Source: Takakia lepidozioides
Taxonomy: Eukaryota; Plantae; Bryophyta
Assembly: GCA_030704615.1 (NCBI GenBank)
Contig: CM060731.1
Coordinates: 66,402,001 to 66,466,000 of the forward strand
Reading direction: 5' to 3'
DNA: 64,000 nucleotides
Position numbers and translations under genes: made by a program. How positions within the stretch are numbered: position 1 is the stretch's first letter; each line of letters starts with the position of its first letter. Under the pieces are notes generated by a model. That model was not told the origin of the DNA and did no database searches. It saw nothing but the letters and a program-made list of their open reading frames with translations. Of the stretch, positions 13,591-26,900 are shown one piece after another.

Positions 13591-14683
13591 TCAATTCGGC
13601 AAAAGTACCATAAGATCATATGTCTGCTTCATATTTTTACATTGTTCCTAATGGTTTTTTGTATAATATATATTTCCAGTAAAAAAAAAAAATGTTCTCA
13701 GAAGTTGTCAGTCTAGCAACGTGTAGCCTTCGGAAATAAACAAATCTATAGCACAAGAGCACGTGTGCCTCTATGGCTCGAAAGGGGGTTAACTCCCCCC
13801 TCAAAGGCCAACGGCTGTGGATTCGGTTTCCTTGGGAGACCCAAAAAATATTAACATAATTACGAATAAGGCCATAAGAAAGGACTATGTGTACCTTTGT
13901 AAAGAACTCGAGTCAATCACAAGGAGTATAAGTCAAGATTTTAAGAATAACCTTTTGAATTTTGGGTTGCTGGTGGTCCCACATGTTTTGGCAGGGCAAG
14001 ATGCCAGGCCCCTTTTGCTTGACAATGGTGGTTTAAGAGAACCTAGACAAATCAGGCCCATTAATTATGGCGAGAGGAAAAATGACCTCTTTCAAAGGAT
14101 AAAGTCGCCAAGTGAACCAAAGGGCACCGACCAAGGGAAGGGAGACAAAATTATACCACACCCGACAAGGGGAAAAAAAAGAAAAAAGGATGATGGTCTT
14201 CCGAAGGCAGACTCTGTCCCTAGCCCATGAGATTTGACCCCTCAAAACCCATCGGATTTCAGCTACCACACCACTCTATCCACCTAAGTTACTCACAGTT
14301 GTAATTGTGTAGATTCCATGGATTTATTAGCCTATAGCAAAGGAGTATTTGGGCTGCCAGGTCTTGACTCACCTTAATTACTGAACGAGACTAGAAAGGT
14401 GCTACAAACAAAACATCTCCTAAAATTTGTGGAAAGGCGGGTTATCTGGTGAAAAATGTGCTCCCCAAAAATAGCTGAAAACAACACTAGGAATTTTGCT
14501 AAGAAAGTCAGCACTCATATTCCCTTTGAAGAAAGTGCTGGGGTTTGTTCATTTTGACCTCCACTCAATAATAATTCTCTTAATATGTAGAGCAGATTCA
14601 TTGGGGCCCTGATTCTAGAGTGGTCCCGGAATTAGAGTGTGGCGCCTATGCAGGAAGGCCACGTGTATTAAGGAATGAGATAA

Positions 14684-15019
14684 GGGTCCCAAATTCTCGC
14701 AAGGGCTATCTTGAAGTTCGAAAAAATGGAGAGGATTGGAGCGGCCAATGGGGAGGGAGGTGCGTTGGTATTGGTGCAATGTGAGGCCACGTGTAGAGGC
14801 TAGCATAGAAATAGGAGGTTGGGTCCTGCTTCTAGTTCTAGAGCTTTCCAGAAGCTCTAGATGAGGCGGTGGGGATGAGGCGGTGGCCCCTTAGAAGACA
14901 TCCTTGAGACACTATATAAAAAGGGTAAGGGCTACATTCTACAGGGTTTCTTTGGCCTCCACCTCACTTTGGTAGGCTTTGCAAGCAGGGCTCATTAAAA
15001 AAAATGTAACTTTGGAACC
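14684..15019 (-). mobile_element. Tourist/PIF-Harbinger-like MITE
   Basis: TAA on both flanks; imperfect TIR GGGTCCCAAA/GGTTCCAAAG; reverse-complement homolog of 18928-19265 and 19340-19660. Confidence 0.65.
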
Positions 15020-15099
15020 TAAACCATCAATAAGGGAGGGACGGAGGGATGGGTGTAAAATGTGGACGGAGGATTTCTCCGAAAATTTTGGAGGTGGTA

Positions 15100-15295
15100 G
15101 GGGGCCATAGTTGGCTAACTTTCTAAACGTATGACGCCTCCCCCAGGAAGCGTAACTTATGGAGTCACTTCACCCCTGAAGGGCTATGCCTTCCGCTAGG
15201 AAGGTGGACACCTTCATGACACACCAGACCATGGTTTGAACCCACAACCACATCCAACCTGGTATGTGCCCCTTACCACTGGGCTACATGCTGGT
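15100..15295 (-). mobile_element. tRNA-derived SINE (Pol III A and B boxes)
   Basis: Minus strand A box TAGCCCAGTGG (15276-15286) and B box GGTTCAAACC (15233-15242) with tRNA-like spacing but no acceptor-stem closure; 3' end approximate. Confidence 0.6.
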
Positions 15296-17166
15296 TGTCG
15301 GCAATCTATCTATAATTACTGTCAGTTTCCATGGATATTAGGATTTTACTAGATTGGCCCAAGTATCCTGTGCTGGAGGTTCACTTTTTTCGCAGTTAAT
15401 TTACAATCTCCACCAATGTTACAGTGGTAAGGTGATGGTAACTTAACTTAGGGAGAGTTCCTGCAAATCTCAGGATTCTGAGGGTCCACCCAGAAGACTT
15501 CTGGGCCTCCTTTTCCCTATCGGTCCTCAAGGGGTGATTCATAAACTCACCGCATGCAGAGGAGAGCTCACAGCTCAGGTCTGACAGGACAGCCCAGTCC
15601 TCCATTAATTTGACTTGAAAGAATCCCTTGGGAAAAGCTTTCCTTGCGTGCAGTGCTGGACCTCCCAACGTCACAAGTCACAAGTCACAACCCTGGAGGG
15701 AAGGTCAGGATGGATGTCTGGGTGTTGGAACTTGGAGGATGGAAGCTTTCCGAAGAAGATGGTAGTACTGTTTGATGTGGAAGAACAGTGAAGTAGCTAG
15801 CTGTGCTGACTTAAGTTATTGCTGCGTGCCAGTGTTTTCCTGCAACTTGTTGGAAGGTGCCCACTCCCATCATCACGTCGTGACTAATGTTTGACTGAGG
15901 AGAGAGTGAAACCCAAGTCTGGATCGTACTATGTTAGGGCAAAGTCATGACTCATGATGAACATCTCAGCGCAGAGGGTGGAATAGAAGTGAGTCTGGAA
16001 GGGATGATGATGATGATTATGGGAGCGTGACAGGCGATTGGTGAAGTCTCTGACATGCTGGTGCGCACTCCCAACAATTGCGATCAGTATCATAATTTTG
16101 TATTACACTTGTGTACGATGGAGATGAATGTGTTCAGTGAATGTGCCGCGTGAGTATGCAAAAGAGTGTACAAGTTCTGACTGTCTGGCCCGTCTGCCGC
16201 TTGTTGGCAAAGAGTGATAATTGAGGCGGCGAGTGTCTCTCGCTTTGGGGACACTGTTTGTCCAAAATCTCTACTTGTTGGGTTCGGAGAGAAGTGAGGT
16301 AGGTAGGACATATAACGAAAGAGAAGAGCTGACATTTGAGGGCCCTATCAACTCCCACCCGTCTCTTGCGCCGGGTCGGGTGCTCAGTGTCACGAGACAT
16401 TCTTCGATCACCTGCGGAGCAAAGTGGCTGCATTGCTGCACAGACTGCGGATTAGAAGCTCTGAAAGTCTTGCATTAGTGGGCGTTTTGTAAAAGCAAAA
16501 CTCTTGTGAGGAACGGATTCTGTGGCGGAGATCTACTGTGTTCCTTCAAACAAGCTCGGGAAAGGGTCTTTGCTAGATTGAAGAAACCGGGAGCTGGCTG
16601 CCTGTACAGATCTGCAGATTGTCCTGCGTCGGAGGATTTACGCAAGTTATATTCGTGTTGCTGAATCAGGCCAGCTGGGAAACTAGGTGGAGAAATGAAG
16701 GTGTTTTGAGTGAAATCAGTACCCGTACCAATGACGTAGGATCCGGATGCTTGGTGAACTGTACTCGAACTTAAGCCTTGTATTAGTGGTGTCTTGTGGT
16801 CCATGGAAGGGAATACCTTTCCTACAGTTCGTGGGAGGAAAAACTCCCTTTGGAGGAAAGAGGGGGACTGATGCCTGTACAGATCACCTGCACATGTTTC
16901 AAGGTGCATTTGGAAGTAGGCAGTGGAGGAACTATGCTCTTTGAGTCAACAATGCTACTGCGATTGATCTCAATCAGAACTAGTTGAGCTCTGGTGGGGC
17001 TCTCTTCCCGTATCTTCGTATCTTGGGGCCTTAGATTACTTGTTGTGTCAGTGAAGTATGCGGGATCTTGTACAGCTGAAGACTTTATAGATTCAAATCC
17101 TCAGAGCCGAAGCACTATGCAACATCTTTGTGAATGCGCAAGATAAAAAATTTCACGTGCACCTGA

Positions 17167-18407
17167 ATGGCTTACAAGATTGTCAGTGAAGAAGAATCGT
17201 TAAAGAGATATGTCATGCATGCAAGTGAGAGGTGTGTTCAAGATTTACTTTCTGCGTCAAGACCAGAGCTGCAAGATGGGTGGAGATTTCTCAAGATTAG
17301 GCGCGGTGTAGAGATATCTCGGAAAAAGCAGGGCCTGGTGAAGATTGTACGAGGGCGCTGCTTCCTTGATATGTCTCTTTCTGAGTTTCAGGCACTTGTC
17401 AACGCGGTTGACACCGCCAAGGTTTGCGCTTTCCCACAAATCCCAAATACAGGGCTTAAACTATGAGGTAGAGGAGATCACGATTGTCTTTGTGATGGCG
17501 TCTAAAATACTGGCTTGCAATCAGCTGAATTCAAACTGTGAAATCCACGCAAATGTGTACATAGATGTATTCGAGTTTCGGTTTGGTAAAAGAGCAAGGC
17601 CTCACATGTTCCATGTGCAGAGGGGTGCAAAACGGTTTGTGTTCACGCTGAAGGCAGCATTCCTTACCACTGACCATGCTTCATCGATGTTCTGCAGCGA
17701 TGGGATCCGCACTTTGTTACAGGGCATTACCTAAGAACTGTCCAAGATAATCTGGACCTCTTTCGACTAGTGTTCAGTGGACGGGCAGGACCTCTATTCA
17801 GGAACCGAGAGTTCATCGTGTACGAAAGACGAGAAACCATGGACGACGGGACACAGGTTCGTATCATCAGGGCCTCTCCTCTCTTCGATTTTGATAAAGC
17901 TCCTCAGAAAACCTCCTGTGAACTCAGCCTGAATCCACAATATGGCCCTTGTGATTACTTAGGGGGGAAATGACAGATCAATCTTCTTTCAGCTCATTTC
18001 CGGTTATGGGTTTTCATGGCTCAGGTGGTTGCTGTGGCATCATTGCCCAAGGAGCTGGCATCAGGGATCTATCCTGAAGAAGGCAGGCTAGTCCGAGGAC
18101 TCATTGTGCAGTCAGGGTGGGTGATAGAGCAAGTTGACCAATCTGATTCTTGCTTGGTCACATACCTAGCACAGGTACTGCACTGCACACTGCTTTCTCT
18201 CAGAATGTCAGCTATATCAATGGACATTATTGTGTTCTTTTCTACTTTAACAATCTGACAATCTGAAAACCCTTGAAATGTGTGGTGCTGTTTGCCATGC
18301 AGGTTGATCCTGCTGGCTGGTTACCCAAGTGGTTGGTGAACATACTTAGTTCCAGGCTGGTCTTGGCGATTGATGACCTTTACAAGCTTGCTCAAAGTTT
18401 TCGATGA
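17167..18407 (+). CDS. Minimal START/SRPBCC lipid-binding domain protein (resembles Arabidopsis At5g49800 type)
   Basis: Exons 17167-17421, 17698-17856, 18025-18174, 18303-18407 (GT-AG). Motifs AVDTAK/RWD, PLFRNREFIVYERRETMDDGT, VVAVASLPKE, SGWVIE, VDPAGWLPKW. Confidence 0.9.
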
Positions 18408-18927
18408 TTGCTCCATCTCTTAGAGCTAAATTGGTCCTGCCACATTATGGTCTTGAACTCTGCATATGTATTTCCTAATTGTACATGCACATTGTAAACA
18501 TAGCTTTTGAAAAAATGTATACACCATACACATGTTATGGAGTCCCAGACTCTTGTTTGCAGATTTCAATTCTCAATTGCCAAACTCAACCCTCGTGCAC
18601 ACTGAAGAAACCACTGAATAGGCTGGCAGTTATATTTGATGAGAAAGATACAGGCTCCGTCCATATCAAATGTTCTTTCCAGCAGAAACAGCTTAAAATT
18701 TCCTCACACATTGCATGAGAAGTTCCTCCATCTAAGAGAGCATCTTCCTATATAGAAATATAAAACTTTCAGTGAAGACGAAACTTATGGAGATTCCTCT
18801 CCGTGCGGGCCTGATCTTTCTAAACATCATGATACAATTGTCTAAAATAATGGAGAACAAGGTATTCTCAGCGGAGAATGATAGCGCTGATTTTTCAGCT
18901 TATTGACGATTCTATGAAAGATGTTTT

Positions 18928-19660
18928 AGGCTCTAAATTTACATTTTTTAAGGGGGCCGTGCTTTCAGAGCCCACCAAAGGAAGGTGGAAGGGGAAGAGA
19001 CCCTCTAGCCCTCACCTTCTCTATATACTGTGGTGGTGGAGTCTTCTAGGAGCGCCCACCGCCTATGGAAAGCTCTAGAAGTAGAAGGAGGGCCCACCGG
19101 TCTCACATATCCTACTTCTATGCTGGCCTCTACACGGCCCCTCCCATATCACCATTCCCGCACCCCTTCCCTCCCCATTGGTCACCCCTTCCCTCCCCAT
19201 TGGTCAGTCCAATCCTCTCCTTTTTTTCGACCTTCAGGAATAGCCCCTGCCAGAATTTGGGACTCCTCCTTATTCATCCCAATCCCCAACAAGCTCCCCC
19301 TATCCCTATTGTCATTTCTATTCATTTGAAGATGGATTAGGTTCCAAATCTACATTTTCGAAGGGGGCCAAGCTTGTAAAGCCCACCAAATTGAGGTGGA
19401 GACAAAAAAAAACCCTGTAAAATGTAGCCCTTACCCTTTCTGAGGGCTTTGGGAAGCCTTCTAGAATGGGGCCATCCCCTCATCCCCATCCTCCTTTTGG
19501 AAAGCTCTAGAACTAGAAGGAGGGCCCACCTTCCTACTTCTATGCTAGCTTGTACTCCCGGCCTCAACACAGGTGCCCTCCCTCCCCATTGGCTGCTCCA
19601 ATCCTCTTTCTTTTTCTGACCTTTGGGAATAGCCCCTGCCAATGTCTGAAACAGGGCTCA
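18928..19660 (+). mobile_element. Two adjacent diverged copies of the Tourist-like MITE
   Basis: Shared blocks GG.TC.AAAT.TACATTTT..AAGGGGGCC, GAAAGCTCTAGAA.TAGAAGGAGGGCCCACC, GGAATAGCCCCTGCCA at about 18928-19265 and 19340-19660. Confidence 0.7.
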
Positions 19661-20599
19661 TTACAAAAGAAGGGTAGGAGGGTAAATAGAATATCCCAAA
19701 AGGCTTTTCCAACAATAAAATTAATCGAAAAAAATCTCACACAACTCAGATATATACCATCTATAGATAAAACTTAAGATATTTAATATTAAAATAATTT
19801 AATCTTATATATACAAGTGATAGTATATAAAATTTTCATCTTCATCCTCTCTGTTTTCTAGTTAAATAGTTTCATGCTAGGCTGTCTAAATTATGGTTCT
19901 GGCCTTCTTGTGGCATGGGTTCTTGCAAGGTTATTTTTTCCTTGCCTTTAATGAAATTTCTGTGTTAGACAAATAAATGATAATCTAAACGGGGACAGAG
20001 ACCATTAAAATGCATTAAAAGGCGTAAGGAAAGAATGACCTTGTTGGAGCCATTGAAGCTTACAAACGGGACTAAAGGAAATTAAGATTTTTCTCTGCAC
20101 AACAAACCAATAATGCATTGCATTTATCCACATAGATTTCATCATCTACTGGTCTATATTATACACCACAAACCCCCTTTGGTAAAGTTCCACTCTATTT
20201 AACTGCAAGAAGGGATATCATCCAATAGAGTAATCCAAGTTTAGTTTTAAAAAAACTTGTCTGCCAATGGGAAGATGGCATGATATAGTGAGGGGCCGGG
20301 TGTCAAGGGGGGGTGTCAAGGGGGGGTGGAGGTAGAGGGGAGGGGGAAGGGGGGGTTTCATGGGTGGACAGGTGGACCATAGGTGGAGGGATAGCTTGGA
20401 AAGAGGGAGAGGATAGTATTTAATTTAAAGAAGATGGAAATAACGTTGGAAGAGTCAATTGCGAACTCCCAATGCCCGACATCCGTCCTCGTCGTCTCTT
20501 TCTGGGGACTATGAAACCTTCAGAATGAGCACAAAAATAAAAATAAAAAAAATAAAATAAATTATCTACGTGAACAAGCACTTGTGGCGCGAATAACTC

Positions 20600-22830
20600 A
20601 CAACAGTTCACGCCAGCCTACTCCATCCATCCACATGCGTCTTCGTAGAAGTCTTATGCTAGGCCGGGCAAGAGAATATTCTCGAGCAGCCCGGGCTCTT
20701 GCTCTTCTTACCCCCGCACCGCCTTCGGCTGATGCCTTCACAGCTTTGGAGAGTCTCCACCCTGGCGCAAATGGCATCCTACCCCCCTTTGAGGAGGATT
20801 TTGAACCTGATGAGGACATTCAATTGGATCGCGATATTTTCATACATGCATTCACTCGTAGCCCTCCTCTTGCAGCAGCCGGCCCATCTGGATTGGTGTA
20901 TGAACATCTCCGTGACTTTCTCAATCCATATGACTCTGCTAGTGGCTTTTCCCAACTGTTCCAAGTTTGTTCTTCCATTGTGATTGGGCATATACCTACC
21001 GTGGTAGTAGCACGTTTGCTTGGAGCAGTGCCATGACTTTTAGCCATGTCCAAGAATACAAGTGGGATTTGTCCTATAATAGTGGGGGAGGTTTTGTATC
21101 GTTTGGTGAGCCGATCTATGTGCATCGAGTTTGGGCAGGTCTTTTCTTCTTATTTCTCTCCCCATTAGTTGGGGGGGCTATCCCAGGAGGTTGTAAAGCA
21201 GTGGTGCATGGGATTCGGGCTTCCCTTGACCTTCATCCAGACTGGATCGTCCTTCAGGTGGATGTAGCAAACGCCTTCAATACGGTTTCTAGAACAGCTA
21301 TAATTCAGGAATTGTGATCAGCCGGCGGCGCATGCCATCAACTCATCTCTTTTATGAAATTGTTTTATACTTCATCCACTCCTTTGTTTTATAGTCATCT
21401 GCCCATATTGGAGAGCTTACAGTAATTCAGTCAGAAGTAGGAACGGGTCAGGGTGATCCATTAGGGGGACTTATGTTTGCTTTTGCCCACTTCCGAGCCT
21501 TTCACTCTTCTGCGCAAGCCTTCCAATCCTGCATTTTTCCGTCTATTGCTGATGATACCCACATCACTGGCCCTCATTTTCCATCACTTTGCTACCCAAC
21601 TCCACTCTCTAGGGCTCACTATTTAACCCCGCAAATCCACCGTTTGGTCACCATCTTGCTCCCTCGTCCAACCCCCCCCTGCTGGAACTCCCGATCTCTT
21701 CTGGAGGAGTGGGCTTATTATCCACAGTTGTTACTGCCCCTACTGCCTTCTTGGTTAGCTGGCCTTAGTTGCTCCAGCCCTAGCATTTCAGTTTCCGTGT
21801 CAACAACGCCCTTTCCTCATGGATGTGGTTGCCCACATTGACGATGACTCTTTGCCCTTCCAGCAACATCTTCATTCAACGTGAGATTTCCTCCCAAGCA
21901 CGAGCTTGTCTGCCACATTCCGAACATTTGGTCACTCAAGGTCCGGAGCACTTACAGGATACCATCATGGAAAGCGTGCATCGACACTCCTTTGCCATCA
22001 TGCTTTCCGATGCTCCTTCAAATTCACATCGGGCCACATTTATGTCTTGCGCTGGGCCAGAGCAGGCGCGTGGCTCATGGTACGACCAACCATTGCACCC
22101 TTCCATATGTCATATGTTGTATTTACCACGTCCTTTCAAGTTAGACTTGGTCTTCCGTATCCCTCTGTATTATGACTGCAATGGTGTCGCCATCCTATCG
22201 ACTCACTCGGCGTACATCTTCTTCGTTGCCATTGTGGTAGAGAATGCACTACGACTCATGACGTCATCCGGGATGCAACAGCAGCGGTTGCCCGCGATGT
22301 TGTGGTTCATGTCCTTCGAGAGCAGATGCACATACTCCCATCCCATGATCACCATTCCACTCGACGGTAGATTGACATTGTCATCTTTCACAATGGGCTG
22401 CGTATATTGGTGGACGTTTCATCGTTGATCCTACTAGGTCAGATCTCCTCCCACATGCAGCCTCATCATAGGGAGTTGATGCTTTAGTAGCTGCACAGGG
22501 AAAGGAGCGCGACTATCGGGAACGTCATCCCACCGAGACATTCCTCCCTTTGGCAGTCGAGATCTTCGGTTGTTTGCATCATCATTTCCTCGACTTCTTT
22601 TGCACATGTGCCCATCGCGCAGCGGAAAACAATAGCGTTGGAAACCCAAACATCTATGTTCTTGTAGCTTTCTTTAGACAACAAGTTTCTATTGCTTTAC
22701 AAAACGCTCAAGTTCTATCTGTTATACGTTGGGTAGAGCTTGCCGGGGCGGCTTCGCCTCGCCTCGCCTCCCAACACTTTCTGACCATCCTCTTTCCTAG
22801 TGTCCGACCTTCTTCAGGCAGCAGGTGATA
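20600..22830 (+). mobile_element. Degenerate CRE/SLACS-like non-LTR retrotransposon (RT plus C-terminal restriction-like endonuclease)
   Basis: AAGPSG..YEHL, PI.VGEVLYRLVSR, LQVDVANAFNTVSR, QGDPLGG, SIADD, CQWC..HLLRC..THDVIRD, R.IDIV..VDV, LAVEIFGCL; multiple stops and frameshifts. Confidence 0.85.
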
Positions 22831-23948
22831 CTAGAGTAGTTTGATTTCTTCTTGTCAATATATCTAGCCCTATGAAATTATGTTTCTCCTCTAGGGGACA
22901 GTTTTACCCATTTGTACAGTCACCCAACTTGGGTCTTTTTATAAAGCTGTGCGGAAATTTCACCACTTCTAGAAGAAGGCTCCATTGAAGGTGAGAGGGT
23001 TCGGGCCTGCCACCTCCAAAGAGGCTATTCAAGGGGGCGCTCCTCCTTGCTACTTACTACACAGTAATAACTACTTTAGTTATTGGGCTCAGCTACATAA
23101 CTAAATTAATTAATAGAGAGAGAAAAAATGAGTGAATAGAGGGAGAACAGGAGTAGAGGTTTTGGGAGATTTTCCCAGCTAGTTTTGGGAGGGGAAGACT
23201 TAGGAGAGGAGGACCTTCTGCAGTCAACAGCTCCTTTCCACTCCACAGATTGGTGCCCAGGCAAAAGCTTGCTGTTACCATTCTTTGCAATCGGCTGGAC
23301 CACCCCAAATCGCTTGCTAGGAAGAGGTAGACTTGCGGTTTTATTAATGTGACATGCGAAGGCAATGGGCTGCAACTGCATGGGCAGAAGCAAGGCTCAT
23401 GCAATGACACATTTGAGCTTCTATGAGGTTATGAGCAGACTAGGCGTGATGGCAGGTACCTTGTGTGGTCTGCTTCTCCAGACTTGCAGGAGCACAAAAA
23501 TTCAAAACGGGCTGATGATCATCATGGAGAGAAAAGCGGCTCAATGGTGGCACTAAGAGAATTCCTACTTAAGGATCTGAAAGGAATGCTACCGAACTGA
23601 AGTGTAGTTGCCAGATGAAACATTTGTCACTCATGGAACAGGGTCACCTGTTCTGAAACACACGTACAACTGGCTTACATTCTCCAAAGAAGGTAGCAGC
23701 TTGAAAGCAGCAAGAGCCCCTTTCCGTGTTTTTCACACAGTAGAGACACCCAAGACAGGGATCTGAGCTGATTGTTTCGTTGTTTCCTGACACATTCAAG
23801 CAGAACATGGGAGGAAAGTGTAACAGGTCCCTCCACGTCTCAAACAGAGAAAAAGAAAAGATTTTGAGCCGTCCCAAAGGAATACGAGCCGTAAGATAAC
23901 CTCAGGTCAAAATTTGTTTCTTTCCAGCAATAATACAATCGAAGTTCA

Positions 23949-26900
23949 CTAAAGGCGAGTAAACTGGCGCTTATCACCAGCTGCACGCTTTCCGTAAGGA
24001 TTGCTGGCACTGAAGCTGTGGCCACTGCCCCGCCCCTCCCCCTGGCCTCGTTTGCCTGCTGCACCCTTCCTGAACTTGGCTGCATTGCTGTCTAGGTTCA
24101 AGTTAACTTTGGGTGGACAACTGAACCCAAATGAGGCTGCCACTGCCTGCATCCAAACAATTAACAGCAATGCCCCACACATCAATACTGGCTCTGCAAG
24201 AGGCCCACTTCCATGGCTACTTATCAACCCAGGGCTGACTGAGTGACTAGAAGACAACACACCAACACTAGTGCTAGTTACAGCTTCTTCACCACAGAAC
24301 ATAAACCAAGCTTCATTTGGACCAAACTCCAGCCGGCGTTCCTGGAGTTCTTTCGCAGCAACCTTCCATTGCACTTGCCTAAGAGAGGTTTAAGAACAAC
24401 CCAAAATGTTTGCACCATATTGACAGTGAGACCTCAGTTATGACCACAACAGAAATTGCTCTGTACTAAATGTACCTATGCCAGCTCTCATTGACCATGC
24501 CAGTGAATATTATATCATACCCTTTCGGCTGTGGTCTTCCCATCCACTTAAAACCTCCTGAAGCTGGTCCTGGGTTTATATGTTCACCCACCAGAGTATG
24601 TACACAAGAGATAGAGAGCAAGGGAGGGAGAGAGTCCAACATTTCCCACTTTGTCAGGTACTGAGGCATGCAGGGGAATATATGGTCTGCTTCCACGTAC
24701 AGGAAGATGTCAAGAAAGCCAGTTAAGTTCGACTTAATCAGATTGAAACTCTCTCATTCAACAGGAAATATGTTCAGGAAGCTGAAGTACAGCCCATCAT
24801 TGGGTGTGGAGAGCTATGACAGTTCCATACTGACTCAACACCTCGCATGCAGGGGCTTTATCATGGGGGTCAATGGCTGCAACACCACAGCATACCTGGA
24901 GATCAAGGCGATGGACGTTGAAGATATCTTTCATGGCATGAGAGTTGTAGGCCAGCAAATAGGAGCGGTAGGCATCACGTGCTGATTGATGCAGATAGAA
25001 GTTTTTTTCGACAAGTTTTACCTAAGAACCCAGATATACACATGTGAGCCATGATGTCTCCTCATCAATCAAGCAATGTCCACAGTTAAATGTTCCAAAC
25101 TGCAGTAGTGCAACAACTGCTACATTCCTCCATTTCTTGACTGCTAGACTGACAAGGCATTCTCTGCACCTCTCTCTTTCAATCCAAATCTGTGGCAGGT
25201 TGAGGAGCAGAAATGCTGGAATCAACCTTGTGTTTTCTAGCATGATATCTATAACAGCCATACATAAACACCGGAGTCCCTCTGATTTATTAGTTATATG
25301 CACAACCACCAACAAGTTTTGGCTTACTTCCCAATCCCTGGGTAGAAAGTACAGTTCTCCTGGAGGGTTACTATCCAAGCACTATGCTCTCAAAGCTACA
25401 CCATCGCCAACATTTGGCAGGGGTGGGCAATAAGTAGGATCTCTGAGTTCCCAGGACGAAGGAAAAGTTAGCAACGGACCAGTTGTGATTGGACATTAGC
25501 AATCTTGTTCGGTGGAAACTCATACTCATTGAGTGGAACTTTTGCAACCTGGACATGAATGCAAATCAAAATTATCAGTGTCTGCCATGGCTGGTAACCA
25601 TCAGCTTGGAACTGCCAGGAGTTGGAAAATGACAAGACTCCATTCCCAATCACAGGTGATAAGGTAAGCTGTACATCATAACAACTATGGAGTAAACAAC
25701 CAAATGTGCTGATCAATACAACATAAAGTCCACAATATGCGCAAGCACAAGTGGAGATAAAGAGAAGGTTAAAAACCTTCAAGTAGCGAAGGAAACCAAG
25801 CTCTTCAGGGATAAGAAACAGCAGTGCCCGTCCTTGGGCCCCTTCTCCTCTCGCTGTACGACCCACTCTATGAATATATTCCTACAAGACAAGACACATG
25901 CAATTGAGTTTTGATAATGATTGACAATTACAAGGTTCTAGATAAGGGATCCCTCAGCTAGCAAAGAATGTACTCATAAGATGTCATTGGCCGTAGCCTT
26001 GTGGCCATTGAACCCACGCCCAGTTTGAGCGGAACACAAAGGGACAGAAACTACGTCAGGGCTGACGCTGGTAGTATGACTTCCCTTGGAACAGAAACAT
26101 CAGCTAGCAAAGAATGTACTCATAAGACGTTGTTTGCCGTAGCCTTGCGGCCATTGACCCCGCGCCCAGTTTGAGCGGAATATAATGGGACAGAACCTAC
26201 CTCAGTCAGGGGCTGACGTCGGTAGTAAGACTTACCTTGATAAAGGACATTGATTCGGGTTTTCCAGATATCCTCTAGAAATCCCTTCACACAAGCATCA
26301 ATCTGCTGTGTGTGGTTTGCCCAGTAACTAGGCCCCAGAAGGGCCTGGGCTTTTGGCTCAGCCTCGAGACTTTCAAAGTTGGTAAACATCGGTACAGGCA
26401 CAATTCTCTTGATAGATTGGAGTAGAGCAGCTAGCAAACAGATCGTTCAAGAGGCAATACAGTAAGAAGTAATCAACAGTTTGAAGTGATGCACACCATA
26501 CCCTGGGGTCATCAGGAGGGTCATACTGAATGATCCAGTCCTGCAATGAGAAGTGCACATTAGATCAGTAAGAAGTAATCAACAGTTTGAAGTATTTTAC
26601 ACATACCCTGGGGTCATCAGGAGGGTCATACTGAATGACTGCAATGAGAAGTGCACATTAGATCATAACAATTAAAAGGCATGCTGGGAGAGGATTGAAT
26701 AATAGCTTGCATCCCCAGTCTAACTGCAGTCTCCCCTCCCTTTTATGGCAGAGCTTCCAACAGGTCACACTACCTAAGTCACCCCTGCCACGCCTCATTA
26801 CCAGTCAAATTGGGTCCCTGGAGACTTTCCAAGCATCTAGTGGTAGAATTCCCAGTTGCATTATAACTAGCTGTGAAAAACTCCATGTCCTAAGAGGAGG

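Noticed and set aside
15230-15295. tRNA gene
   Set aside because: A and B boxes present but no acceptor or anticodon stems; treated as a SINE head
25966-26240. Intronic H/ACA snoRNA (snR30/U17-like ATATTCC, AAAC and terminal ACA) in a ribosome-biogenesis gene
   Set aside because: Copies have TSDs, variable 5' truncation, an ORF2-like frame and occur in both orientations; motif spacing does not fit
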